The notes: generated by a model not told the origin, from the sequence alone. DNA of 64,000 nt from an uncultured virus (IMG/VR IMGVR_UViG_3300029305_009755) (IMGVR_UViG_3300029305_009755), one strand, 5' to 3'. Numbered from the stretch's first letter, positions 30,099-39,385 are shown. Numbers and translations are program-made.

Positions 30099-30514
30099 CA
30101 CTGCCCCTCCCACATGTCGTATCTCATGATCATCCTCTCCAGGTGCGCCAGTATGAATCCGGCTCCCACCTTGACACCCCCATCGGGGAACTCCGATATA
30201 TACCTGTCCCATAGTTTCGCCGCCGCATCGGCCGCTCCCTCACGGGACATCGCCCTCTGTATGTCCACATAGTCCACGACCCTGTCCTGTATCCTGTGGA
30301 TCTCCTCGTCGGGGAACCTGGGCGCATCGATCAGCATCACGTGCCTGCCGCACCTGACCGACGCCTCCACGCCGTGGAACTCGGCCACCCTGCACGCGAA
30401 CAGGGCCAGGGCCTCCAGGTCCAGCGCCCTGCGGGACGCCCCGCTGTTGTTCCTGTCCCCGGTCGCCACCGCCATGTACACGCGGCTGTGCTCCGGCACC
30501 TTCCTGCGGCTCAC
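30098..30514 (-). CDS. Hypothetical protein
   Basis: GTG start overlapping upstream TGA. Confidence 0.5.
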   Translation of the reverse strand: MSRRKVPEHSRVYMAVATGDRNNSGASRRALDLEALALFACRVAEFHGVEASVRCGRHVMLIDAPRFPDEEIHRIQDRVVDYVDIQRAMSREGAADAAAKLWDRYISEFPDGGVKVGAGFILAHLERMIMRYDMWEGQ

Positions 30515-30735
30515 GGGCTCACCGTCCTGCGGCTGATGACCACCCATTCCCCGTGCACCATCTCGCTCAGGGTCAGGACCATCGCCCTGCCCACGTCGTC
30601 CACCGGCGACGTCCCGTCCGCCTGCAGCCTGCGGAACATCTCGTCCGCATCCGCCCTGTCATCCATGATCTCCCTGACCAGCCCCATGCCGTCCACGGTG
30701 ACCGCATCCACTTTGTACATCCTTTCCATCTTCAT
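30511..30735 (-). CDS. Hypothetical protein (MKMERMYKV...)
   Basis: GGAGG RBS, ATGA overlap. Confidence 0.55.
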   Translation of the reverse strand: MKMERMYKVDAVTVDGMGLVREIMDDRADADEMFRRLQADGTSPVDDVGRAMVLTLSEMVHGEWVVISRRTVSP

Positions 30736-31241
30736 TCCTCCTTCCTGCCGTACCTGTCCTTCGCCCAGCCGATGTCGACATCCTCCGGGTAGGGCATCGC
30801 CCTGATCCTCCTGGCCTCGTCCGCGAGCTCCCTCTGCGTCTTCGGCCTGGGTTCCTTCAACGGCATCTTCCTCTCGCACTCCCTCCTGACATCCAGGCCC
30901 TCGGACGCCAGCATGCTGTCCGGCCTGTCGTCGGGCCTGCGCTGCGCCGGCATCATCGGGCCGTGCTGGGGCAGGACGTCCTCGTCCATGTCGACGTCCC
31001 TGACGCGCTCCCTGTTCCAGTACGGCGACCCGCACATGGGGTTGGCGCAGTACAGGGGCATCCTGCCCAGGCTCTTCGGGTACCACTCGTACCCGCACCT
31101 GGTGCACCTCCTGGTGGCGACGGCCCTGTCGCACAGGGGGCAGATGTCCTGCCACAGCCTGTCGTCGGGCACGACTATCCACCTCCTGCACCTGGAGCAC
31201 CACATCCTCAACCTCGATTCGAACCTCTTCGATCTGGCCAT
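30732..31241 (-). CDS. Zinc-finger protein
   Basis: CxxC x3 plus CxRCG.EW.P....P..C...C.SPYWN. Confidence 0.65.
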   Translation of the reverse strand: MARSKRFESRLRMWCSRCRRWIVVPDDRLWQDICPLCDRAVATRRCTRCGYEWYPKSLGRMPLYCANPMCGSPYWNRERVRDVDMDEDVLPQHGPMMPAQRRPDDRPDSMLASEGLDVRRECERKMPLKEPRPKTQRELADEARRIRAMPYPEDVDIGWAKDRYGRKEE

Positions 31242-31242
31242 G

Positions 31243-31947
31243 TCATTCCTCCACTATCCTCGGCGCCACCAGCCACACCGCCGTCCACGGGACGGAGTCG
31301 GACGACACCGCCACCCTGGCCGGATAGTCCGTGCACATCTCGAGCGACAGCACCGCGTCCGACGGGAGCGACGACAGGAACGCCGTCCACGATGCGTGCG
31401 GGTACCTGGACGTGGCCGATCCCTGGCACACCGACGGCTCCAGCGCGACGCTGGCACCGTACGCCTGGTCGTCCAGGGCGGTGACCTCCATCGCCCCGTC
31501 CTGCACGGAGATCCTCCACTCCTCGGTCCTCCTGTCGGTCAGGCGGGACACCGGCGACAGCTCCGCCGCCCTCATCACCGCCATCGCATCGGCCTCGAAC
31601 GAGGGCACGCGGGGGACATTCTCGACGATCATGGTCCTGAGGGCCACCCTGACACGTCCAGAGGATACCTCGGCCCTGCCGCCGTTCACGGTCAGCGTGA
31701 CCTTTCCCATGCCCTTGAGGGCCTTGCGCCAGTCCGCGGCATCCACCGCGAAGGGCTCCGGCACGGTCCCCTCGAGCACCGAGGAGGGTATGGTGACCAC
31801 CGACATGGTGACACCATTGACTGTCATCGCGGACACCTTCCACCCCTCGGGACAGGGGGACAGGTCCACGGTGTCGCACTGCGTCGACACCAGCTCCAGT
31901 GCCGTCGATAGGGTGACGGCGTCGAACATCAACGATCCATGTTCCAT
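31243..31947 (-). CDS. PCNA-like DNA sliding clamp (divergent)
   Basis: About 235 aa two-domain beta/alpha pattern, G....AM....V.M start, DYP motif and C-terminal LVAPRI typical of archaeal PCNA. Confidence 0.75.
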   Translation of the reverse strand: MEHGSLMFDAVTLSTALELVSTQCDTVDLSPCPEGWKVSAMTVNGVTMSVVTIPSSVLEGTVPEPFAVDAADWRKALKGMGKVTLTVNGGRAEVSSGRVRVALRTMIVENVPRVPSFEADAMAVMRAAELSPVSRLTDRRTEEWRISVQDGAMEVTALDDQAYGASVALEPSVCQGSATSRYPHASWTAFLSSLPSDAVLSLEMCTDYPARVAVSSDSVPWTAVWLVAPRIVEE

Positions 31948-32429
31948 GGGTGCACATGGTTTCATTGGTATATAGGTATATGGGATGGTCGGGAGGTGCC
32001 CGGCGGTCGGCGGATCGCGGGCGGGGAGGGGACGAGCCGGTGTATGGGGCTAGGGGGGGTATAGGTATACGGGTTTGGGAAGGGACAGATTCGGGAGGCG
32101 TATGCCCTCGATCCCATGCCCTCGCGACCCGTGTAGCGATGGGGTGCCGTGTCACGCTATGGCATGGCACGCCACGATGGGATGGTAACACGACTTGATA
32201 GATACGTGCTACTGTCACGGCGATCTATGACCCTTTATAGGATACGTGCGCGTATCGTATCAATAGTATGAATTGAATCGAATCCCCGTCATCCCGTCCC
32301 GTTGTTCGGCGGACTCCATCCCGCCGTCCCGACTACCCTTTCTACCCATGATTATACCCTGTTTTCACTCAATTCCACCCAATTTCCTACGGTTTTATGC
32401 TAACCTATGGCGGGGTTTTATTGCCTCGT

Positions 32430-32450
32430 TCCGATAGTTTTATATACAAA
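32430..32450 (+). promoter_or_regulatory. Archaeal TATA promoter starting the plus (early) arm
   Basis: CCGATAGT-TTTATATA at the strand-switch region. Confidence 0.55.
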
Positions 32451-32583
32451 ACATTTCCTACGGTATCATGTTGGGAGCGAACCGCCGAAGTCGGCCGAAC
32501 ACGAACAACAGTCGGACATACTCCGAAATGTGCATAGCCGTGCACGAACCCCGTTCACGGCGTATAATCTCGGAGGTGAACCA

Positions 32584-32745
32584 ATGGAACCCGATGTTAT
32601 CTACTTGGATATCCGCACATGTGGATAGATCTTGGATGAGTTCATGGCATGCGCTTGGTAGCTAGTGGAATGTAGGCCCGATGAGGAAATATTCCTTGAT
32701 GGGGACGAGTACGCGCTAGTCGGCAGATTCAGGCGCGCACACTAA
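32584..32745 (+). CDS. 53-aa protein with two in-frame TAG codons (putative pyrrolysine)
   Basis: GGAGGTGA RBS at 32572-32579; MEPDVIYLDIRTCG*ILDEFMACAW*LVECRPDEEIFLDGDEYALVGRFRRAH-TAA; TAG at 32626 and 32659. Confidence 0.65.
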
Positions 32746-32789
32746 ACACATTCTGAAAACGACTTAGACGACCTATAGAGGTGTAAAAG

Positions 32790-33068
32790 ATGACTTGGTT
32801 TTACATGGATAAGAAGATTGAAGAGGATGAGATTTACGACTTTATCGATGAGGTCGAAATGGACAGCGCACATTTCAACGAGTTCTTGGATGAAATGTGC
32901 GAGCCCGTCCGTATCGGCACATTCACATTCTACGCCGGCGACGTGCTGGAGAAGATGGATCCGATCGCATTCGAATGCGCACGCCAGGAAGAGGTCGACT
33001 ACATCGTCCGCGAGATAATCGACGATCCCGAATACGGCGAGCAGTACGGCATTTATTGGGAGGACTGA
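32790..33068 (+). CDS. Highly acidic small protein (DNA-mimic candidate)
   Basis: GAGGTG RBS; F.EFLDE...V.I......VL...DPIAF.C pattern; very D/E-rich. Confidence 0.7.
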   Translation: MTWFYMDKKIEEDEIYDFIDEVEMDSAHFNEFLDEMCEPVRIGTFTFYAGDVLEKMDPIAFECARQEEVDYIVREIIDDPEYGEQYGIYWED

Positions 33069-33139
33069 ACGCAGTCGCTCACCCGCCAAAACCCATTTTC
33101 AAAACCATTTAAAAAATCATAATAGAAGTGATTGAAATG
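33069..33139 (+). repeat. Intergenic cassette-boundary repeat, copy A
   Basis: GCAGTCGCTCACCCGCCAAAACCCATTTTCAAAACCATTTA...GTGATTGAAATGA, near-identical to 33641-33704. Confidence 0.8.
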
Positions 33140-33640
33140 ACAGGCAACAACTGTTTCAACAGGGCTCAGGCAATGAACACGGACGCACGTATCGAGGAGT
33201 TCGCAACCCTCGAATCCCGCATAAGAGCATTGAAAAAGGATATTGAGGGCATGGAAGCCATCAGAAACGACCTCGCCCGCGATATCTGCAAGGACCTCGG
33301 AAAAGATTCGTTCGCGGTCGAATGCGGAAACGGAATGAAGTACTCAGTATCGGTTAGGGATGTCGCCAAACACAACCTTAAGGAAGCTGAGGCCGAGTAC
33401 CCCGAGATAAAGAAGCTTGCAATCGAGAAGATTCAGGCTGAGCCCATCACCCAGACAATGGTCAACGCCCTTATCAAAGTCAAGACCACGGTTAAGAAGG
33501 CAGGCAAGACCGCGGAGAATTATGCCAGGGAAAAGGAAGCAGCCAAAGAATGGTTGGCAGATTTTAACTCAAAGGTGACGAACAGCATCGAAACAAACGT
33601 ATCTGTTCGTAAAATCGCCAAAACCATGGAGGATGAGTGA
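33137..33640 (+). CDS. Hypothetical coiled-coil protein
   Basis: ATG after GAAGTGA; Lys/Glu-rich. Confidence 0.7.
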   Translation: MTGNNCFNRAQAMNTDARIEEFATLESRIRALKKDIEGMEAIRNDLARDICKDLGKDSFAVECGNGMKYSVSVRDVAKHNLKEAEAEYPEIKKLAIEKIQAEPITQTMVNALIKVKTTVKKAGKTAENYAREKEAAKEWLADFNSKVTNSIETNVSVRKIAKTMEDE

Positions 33641-33704
33641 GCAATCGCTCACCCGCTCAAACCCATTTTTAAAACCATTTACGATTCAATAGGTGATTGA
33701 AATG
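33637..33704 (+). repeat. Intergenic cassette-boundary repeat, copy B
   Basis: GTGAGCAATCGCTCACCCGCTCAAACCCATTTTTAAAACCATTTA...GGTGATTGAAATGA. Confidence 0.8.
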
Positions 33705-33983
33705 ATGGATGCAAATGATTACTATCTGAGCCAGCACATGAACGCAATGTCCAGATACGACGACCGCCTGGACAACTACAGCAGGGTTCTCGATTATCCC
33801 TACAGGGCGGATGTCCTGGACGTCAAGAGGGAGGATATCGTCAAGGTCATGGACCTGTTCATGCATGATACCAGCTTCATCCCAAAGGCCTACCCCCAGA
33901 TACTGTTCTACGAGGACGGCGAGACCGTCGGGATGTACTGGGAGGGAACCATGGATGTCAACCTGTCCGACTATGTTGACTGA
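33702..33983 (+). CDS. Acidic hypothetical protein, possibly truncated by a premature TGA (frame open to 34031)
   Basis: After TGA the frame reads EYLEYRVSFEIMEAD-TGA, abutting the next ATG at 34032. Confidence 0.6.
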   Translation: MMDANDYYLSQHMNAMSRYDDRLDNYSRVLDYPYRADVLDVKREDIVKVMDLFMHDTSFIPKAYPQILFYEDGETVGMYWEGTMDVNLSDYVD

Positions 33984-34031
33984 GAGTATCTGGAATACAG
34001 AGTATCCTTCGAGATTATGGAGGCGGATTGA

Positions 34032-34442
34032 ATGGCATACACGCAGGCAGAATGGAACAAACTTGTATACGAACACCTCGTCCTCGACCTTGATGACGAT
34101 GAGGTCGGATTCGGAATCTGGCTACTGCCAGGGTTCGACCATTGCCGTCTATTGGTCACCCAGGTGATTGAAGAGGATGAGCCGTGGTCCGATGACCCCG
34201 ATGATGTCTACAGCATCAACTACACCATCGTCCTCGTGGACCATGGACTCAAGGACATCTTCGAAATGGAATCCGCCTGTTACAGGTGGGCGGACGGGGA
34301 CCTGTTCTCCCAGTGGCTCTACAACAACGGTATACCCGACCCCGAGGGATACATCGACCAGGAAACCTTCAAGAGGGGTACAGGAGTGGACCTGTTGGAC
34401 GCCCTGGATATGTTCAACTACTCCCTTCTTGAAAGGCACTGA
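34032..34442 (+). CDS. Acidic hypothetical protein
   Basis: GGAGG RBS; coding-like codon bias. Confidence 0.7.
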   Translation: MAYTQAEWNKLVYEHLVLDLDDDEVGFGIWLLPGFDHCRLLVTQVIEEDEPWSDDPDDVYSINYTIVLVDHGLKDIFEMESACYRWADGDLFSQWLYNNGIPDPEGYIDQETFKRGTGVDLLDALDMFNYSLLERH

Positions 34443-34484
34443 CCACAAACCACAAACAAACCCTTTAATCAATTCATAGGAGAA

Positions 34485-34898
34485 ATGAAAATGATGGATT
34501 TTTCTGTTTTCAGTAACGCAAAGCAAGTAACCGCAGCATACAGCAAGGGCCCCATGCTCAGGGCCTTCGGAAACGCAGCCGAAGAGGGTCACATCCCTTA
34601 CACGCTTTCATTCGGTCCCGAGGTCATCAGGGCCATCAAGCTCACTGATGCATACACGACCGCAGCATGGGGCGAGGACGCATTCAGTTTCCTGGATTAC
34701 AAGGCCAGGGACTACAACCTATTGTTGGCCTGCCTGTCCGAGTTCAACGGGGTCCTCGGATACGATGAGGTCTCGGAGCTCATCATCGGGGACCTGAAGG
34801 AGCTATCCTTCCCCGAAGGTCCCCTCATGGATCTCGGACTTCTCACCCTGGGAGCCATCAGGTTTTCCCAGGATGCATCCAAGGAGGTGAGGGAATGA
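34485..34898 (+). CDS. Hypothetical protein
   Basis: ATAGGAG RBS after A/C-rich spacer. Confidence 0.7.
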   Translation: MKMMDFSVFSNAKQVTAAYSKGPMLRAFGNAAEEGHIPYTLSFGPEVIRAIKLTDAYTTAAWGEDAFSFLDYKARDYNLLLACLSEFNGVLGYDEVSELIIGDLKELSFPEGPLMDLGLLTLGAIRFSQDASKEVRE

Positions 34899-35344
34899 AC
34901 ACGACAACGACACCCCAGACACTCCGCCAATTCCTGGCAGGGAATCCAAACAAGGACTATGACATGTGCGACACCGTCTACGATGTCATGGTCGGAGTAT
35001 GCGACATCGGGGAGCCCGATGACGTCTACGACGAGATGTGCAACGAACTCATGGACCGCCTCATGGTGGTCCGCACCAAGACCTACCACGATGGTTATTC
35101 AACCGTCACATGCGACATCGCGGGATTCGTGGAGGAGAACTACCACGCCGTGATGAGGCCATTCGGAAACGAGCACTCCGAGTTCGAGTTCCCCGAGGAT
35201 CCCACCGATGATTCCGATTGGGAATTCGATGAGGACGACCCCATCTACGTGGGAGTTCTCGTCATCATCGATCTCCTCATCGGGAACTACTCCGAGGAGT
35301 CGGCGAGGCATATGCTCCAGCTTCTCCGTGGGGAGGTGGAGTGA
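34895..35344 (+). CDS. Highly acidic hypothetical protein
   Basis: ATGA overlap, GGAGGTGA RBS. Confidence 0.7.
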   Translation: MNTTTTPQTLRQFLAGNPNKDYDMCDTVYDVMVGVCDIGEPDDVYDEMCNELMDRLMVVRTKTYHDGYSTVTCDIAGFVEENYHAVMRPFGNEHSEFEFPEDPTDDSDWEFDEDDPIYVGVLVIIDLLIGNYSEESARHMLQLLRGEVE

Positions 35345-35650
35345 ATGAAGGGAGTCCACGAGTTGGTACCCAACAGGTCGGAGTTCCCCCCGATCCACTG
35401 CCCTTTCTGTAAGAAGCCCCTCGTCTTCGAGGATCTCGTATCTGGTGAGGACTGGGGCTCTGGACGGCACAACGGCCGCCTCATCTTCTGGCTGGACTGG
35501 GAGGTGGCCTGTCCCGAATGCAAGGAGGAGTTCGAGATCGGCCTTCAGGCCGCGCCCACCACGATAGAGGTTCATTACTATGACAAGGAGGAAGACGATT
35601 CCATGTACATCGACTACGACATCCCCTCGGGCACCATGGAGGTGCAGTGA
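35345..35650 (+). CDS. Zn-ribbon protein
   Basis: CPFC...CPEC. Confidence 0.65.
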   Translation: MKGVHELVPNRSEFPPIHCPFCKKPLVFEDLVSGEDWGSGRHNGRLIFWLDWEVACPECKEEFEIGLQAAPTTIEVHYYDKEEDDSMYIDYDIPSGTMEVQ

Positions 35651-35854
35651 ATGATCATCCGTCCCATGTGCATCTTCTGCGGATGCTACAAGGATGTCGA
35701 GGTCACCGAGGAGCAGGCGGATTTGCTATTGCTCCCCCGCCCCCTGAGGCCCCCTGTCCAGGACATCCTGCCCGACCACGACGCCGGGATCAGGGAGCTG
35801 TTCATATCCCAGATGTGCCCCGATTGCTGGGACGACACATTCGGGGATGAATGA
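35651..35854 (+). CDS. Small Zn-binding protein
   Basis: CxxC...VQD.LP.....RELFIS..CPDCWD..F. Confidence 0.65.
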   Translation: MIIRPMCIFCGCYKDVEVTEEQADLLLLPRPLRPPVQDILPDHDAGIRELFISQMCPDCWDDTFGDE

Positions 35855-35907
35855 CACTCAAAACCTCAAACCAAACCATTTCCAGAATCAATATAGGATT
35901 GATAGAA

Positions 35908-36756
35908 ATGTTCGGAATATTCGACAACAGCAACGCGCAGCTCATGACCGCCGAAACCCTCGGGGACCTCATCACCAAGGCCTATGGGGACTACGACATC
36001 CGTTTCATGATGAGGGATCTCGTAGCCAAGGTTATAGAATCCCAGTTCTGGATGCCCGAGATCTACAACACGGTCGAGTTCATCAGGGACAATGGGATGG
36101 ATGCCTTCGACGACCTCATCATCGAGGCCATGACGAAGCAGGTCGGGGAATCGATCGAGGACGGTTCGATGAAGCTGTCCGATGATCTCACACTCAAGAT
36201 GTTCCGCCATACAGGATTCTACTTCGAGGGCAGGTACCTCGGGTTGGATCTGGATGATGTCGTGGATGCATGGAAGGGAGATCTCGAATCGGAGATCCAC
36301 GATGCCGTATACAACCATTTCACGATCGGAGCCGGGGACAGGGACGCGATCATCGACGCCATCCTCGACACGGGCAGGGTGACCGATGAGGACCTCATAT
36401 GGCAGTTCGCGAAGGATGTCCGCGATCCGTGTGATGTCATCGGAGATCGCTTCGAATCGGAGGGCCTGGTCTTCGAGATATGTGCCGATGGCGAGGGCAT
36501 GAAGCTGGAGATGAAGAACTGGACATTCTTCGACTTATACAGGGTATACAACAGCACCCACCCCTACGAGGAGCTCACCCATTCGGCCTTCTTCAACCAC
36601 GTCATCTTCACCATCCCCGAGTGGGTGAGGGAGAATCTCGGAGACAAGGTCTCCGAGGTCTGGATGAGCCTGTATCTCCAGGAATGCAAGGCATACGAGG
36701 CGAGATCCAAGGAGGGCCTCATGGAAGCCATCGAGGAGATACGTGAGGGCGAGTGA
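35908..36756 (+). CDS. Acidic hypothetical protein
   Basis: ATG after A/C-rich spacer and ATAGGA. Confidence 0.7.
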   Translation: MFGIFDNSNAQLMTAETLGDLITKAYGDYDIRFMMRDLVAKVIESQFWMPEIYNTVEFIRDNGMDAFDDLIIEAMTKQVGESIEDGSMKLSDDLTLKMFRHTGFYFEGRYLGLDLDDVVDAWKGDLESEIHDAVYNHFTIGAGDRDAIIDAILDTGRVTDEDLIWQFAKDVRDPCDVIGDRFESEGLVFEICADGEGMKLEMKNWTFFDLYRVYNSTHPYEELTHSAFFNHVIFTIPEWVRENLGDKVSEVWMSLYLQECKAYEARSKEGLMEAIEEIREGE

Positions 36757-36786
36757 GCAATCGCTCACCCGAAACCTTTTAAATAA
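36753..36786 (+). promoter_or_regulatory. Repeat copy C (GTGAGC-AATC-GCTCAC) followed by BRE/TATA (GAAACCTTTTAAATA)
   Basis: Same palindrome as copy B plus canonical archaeal promoter. Confidence 0.6.
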
Positions 36787-36838
36787 GTAACCAGATACAG
36801 GTTACAATAAACTTATTACGATACCATGGAGGTAAAAA

Positions 36839-37459
36839 ATGACAAGAGACACCAGATATACAGTGTACAAGCAGGAGAAGATGATCAAGTCCTCGGACGA
36901 GGACAACCTATGCGTGACATTCGGCATACAGGCCTGCGCATGGTCCTGCCCCAATGCAGGCAAGTGCAAGGAGTTCTGCTATGCCAAGAGGGCCAGATTC
37001 AACTGCAAGACGGTCAGGACCAAGAGGACGGACGCGCTACGCCTCACCCAGGACCTGCCACTCTTCGAGACGATCATGGTCGGGGAGATCTCATCGTATC
37101 TCTTCGAGGATGATCGCCAGCTTTGGTACAGGATCCATGATTCTGGAGACTTCTACGACCTGCCCTATGCAAGGGCATGGTTCGCAATCATTCGCCGGTT
37201 CCCCCAGGTGAGGTTCTATGCCTACACCAAGATGGTCTCGATGTTCGAGTCCGTCAAGGGGGAGATCCCCGAGAACCTGTACCTCGTGTACAGTCTAGAT
37301 GGCACTGAGGACCACCTCATCCCCGAGGATGCACCCCATGCAAAGGTGTTCCCCAGGGGCACGACCTCGGAACAGATGGCCGAAGAGGGCTACCTCGACT
37401 GCTCGGACAACGATAGGCTGGTCTTCGAGACCAAGCGCATCGGCCTGGAGCGCCACTAA
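36839..37459 (+). CDS. Gene product 88 (GP88) family Fe-S/radical-SAM-like protein
   Basis: SCP.AG.C...CYA, RIHDSGDFY, P.V.FYAYTK, P.NL....S. Confidence 0.75.
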   Translation: MTRDTRYTVYKQEKMIKSSDEDNLCVTFGIQACAWSCPNAGKCKEFCYAKRARFNCKTVRTKRTDALRLTQDLPLFETIMVGEISSYLFEDDRQLWYRIHDSGDFYDLPYARAWFAIIRRFPQVRFYAYTKMVSMFESVKGEIPENLYLVYSLDGTEDHLIPEDAPHAKVFPRGTTSEQMAEEGYLDCSDNDRLVFETKRIGLERH

Positions 37460-37502
37460 ACCCTGAACAAACCCCTTAAACCAACTATAGGAGATATCTA
37501 AA

Positions 37503-38321
37503 ATGGCAAACATATGCAGTTTCTACGGACAGATCGTAACCAAGGACCCCGCCATCATCACGATGATCGATAGGATCCTGAAGGGAGAAGACCTCTTCAG
37601 ATGCTTCCACAGGGTCTACGAGGGCGATGTGATAGGCATCAGACAGGAAGGCGACCTCTACATCGGAACATTCAATGGCTGTTGTGCATGGTCGGCATAC
37701 CACCTGGACGAGGGGGACACGGACGGGGAGTTCATCGATGCCTGTATGCGCCACCGCGTCAGGATGGAGTGTGTCTCACTCAGGGGACTCCAGGAGATCT
37801 TCGACTTCGGATACTACCTCTACTACGAGGAAGAGGGATGCGAGTGCGTATGGGACTGTGCGAGGAACAACCTCGGCAAGAGGGTCTTCGAGAACTACCT
37901 ATACGACCAGAAGCCCGATGACTGGTATGATGAGGAGACCAACCCCTACTGCGATGCATTCGAGTACAGGACGACCCCCTATGAGATCTCCGACCTCTAC
38001 CTGGAGATCGAGGAAGAGGAGGATCTCTGGGACAACGATCCCCGCATGGGGACGATCTGCGTCCTCCCCAACGACAATCCCTACAAGCTGATGGAGATCT
38101 ACTCCGAGGAGTACGAGACGGAATCCACCTCCGAAGTCTGTCCCTACTGCGATGAGGAGGTGGAGATCCCGATCTACGGCGAGAGCTCCTGTCCAAACTG
38201 CGGGAAGGAGATCCTACCCTGCTCCATGTGTGCGAACATCTGCGGGGATATGATACTCCAGACCTGCCACTATCCGTGTCCTTATGACCTGTACCGCCCC
38301 CACAGGAGGTGCGAGGAATGA
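37503..38321 (+). CDS. Acidic hypothetical protein with C-terminal Cys cluster
   Basis: CPYC..E......CPNCG..I.PCS.C. Confidence 0.65.
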   Translation: MANICSFYGQIVTKDPAIITMIDRILKGEDLFRCFHRVYEGDVIGIRQEGDLYIGTFNGCCAWSAYHLDEGDTDGEFIDACMRHRVRMECVSLRGLQEIFDFGYYLYYEEEGCECVWDCARNNLGKRVFENYLYDQKPDDWYDEETNPYCDAFEYRTTPYEISDLYLEIEEEEDLWDNDPRMGTICVLPNDNPYKLMEIYSEEYETESTSEVCPYCDEEVEIPIYGESSCPNCGKEILPCSMCANICGDMILQTCHYPCPYDLYRPHRRCEE

Positions 38322-38659
38322 CCATGATGGTGGATGTCGATCTTAAGACCACCATATTCGTGCCCGAGGATTACTCCGGCAACATACTGGAATGGATCGA
38401 GGACACACTGGATTACAAGGACCTCATAGCCCTGCTGAGCGGTGCGGACTTCAACGAAAGGGAGTGCGACCACGCGCTGTGGAGCTTCATGAGGGGGAGC
38501 CCCAAGATCACCAGGGATCCCGACAACTCCAATCGCGTCACGATCAGACGCAAGGCCCGCTGTGATGACTGCGGAGCCATATTCTCATGGGATGAGGTCT
38601 GCGTGAGGGAATCCTGCAACATGGTCTTCACCGATGACGACGAGGAGGTGGATGAATGA
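38318..38659 (+). CDS. Hypothetical protein
   Basis: ATGA overlap, operon continuity. Confidence 0.6.
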   Translation: MTMMVDVDLKTTIFVPEDYSGNILEWIEDTLDYKDLIALLSGADFNERECDHALWSFMRGSPKITRDPDNSNRVTIRRKARCDDCGAIFSWDEVCVRESCNMVFTDDDEEVDE

Positions 38660-39003
38660 CCGTCAAGATCGTCCACATCGATGGCAACGGAGCCCATGTG
38701 TACCGTGGTTCCCCCGATGAGCTGGTGGACACATTGCCCGACACGATCATGTTCGAGATCTATCAGGCACGCCTGATGGAACTCGAGGAGTGGATGGATC
38801 TCGGGACCGCCATAGTCATGACCCTCGAGATCGTCGCGGACCACCCAAAAACCAGGGACTATCTCGCCATGTCCAAGGTAGTGGAAAGGATACTGGTCAA
38901 GGATATGATCGAATACGCCCTCGACTACGAGAGCAACTATGGGGATGGATACACCATCCGCAACATGTCCGGAGACTCGATCATGATCATGGAGGAAGAG
39001 TGA
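38656..39003 (+). CDS. Hypothetical protein
   Basis: GGAGGTG RBS, ATGA overlap. Confidence 0.65.
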   Translation: MTVKIVHIDGNGAHVYRGSPDELVDTLPDTIMFEIYQARLMELEEWMDLGTAIVMTLEIVADHPKTRDYLAMSKVVERILVKDMIEYALDYESNYGDGYTIRNMSGDSIMIMEEE

Positions 39004-39362
39004 TGGCGGGCTGGTATTCCAAGGTCAGGATCAGATCCCTGTCATCCAAGGACATCGAGGGGATGATCGAGGAGGGCACCGGGTTCGTCACCGACTCCAC
39101 CAAGGAGATGAGGGACATCATACGTCAATCGTCGATGTTCAAGCTGGTCTTCTCGGAATATCTGAACAGGAACAGATCCCTGCTGCTGCAGGCACTCAGA
39201 CTGGCCCATCACGACTGGGAGGAGGCCCACACCTACCTCTGGGAGCGCTGCCTGTCGCAGGCGGTGCAACCGGGCAGGGACGTGCTGCTGCCCGATGGCA
39301 CGATCCTCTACAAGTGGGGTGACGGCCCATGGGTGACTGTCGATCCGGATGCTGCGGAGTGA
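39003..39362 (+). CDS. Hypothetical protein
   Basis: TGATG overlap. Confidence 0.6.
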   Translation: MAGWYSKVRIRSLSSKDIEGMIEEGTGFVTDSTKEMRDIIRQSSMFKLVFSEYLNRNRSLLLQALRLAHHDWEEAHTYLWERCLSQAVQPGRDVLLPDGTILYKWGDGPWVTVDPDAAE

Positions 39363-39385
39363 TCTGCAGTAACCAATAACCTAAC

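Noticed and set aside
20376..31975. Long plus-strand ORFs (e.g. 20376-21665, 24455-25648, 27563-28816, 30913-31911)
   Set aside because: Antisense shadows of well-supported minus genes, expected with high GC3
32468..32665. 65-aa ORF ending in TAG as the first early gene
   Set aside because: Not coding-like and spans leader hairpins; the GGAGGTGA RBS points to ATG 32584 in another frame. A leaderless reading cannot be fully excluded
33981..33983. Selenocysteine or genome-wide TGA recoding
   Set aside because: TGA is the dominant stop in the window; single instance, no SECIS seen
33069..36786. Repeats as a mini-CRISPR array
   Set aside because: Copies are separated by whole genes, not 30-40-nt spacers; no cas genes
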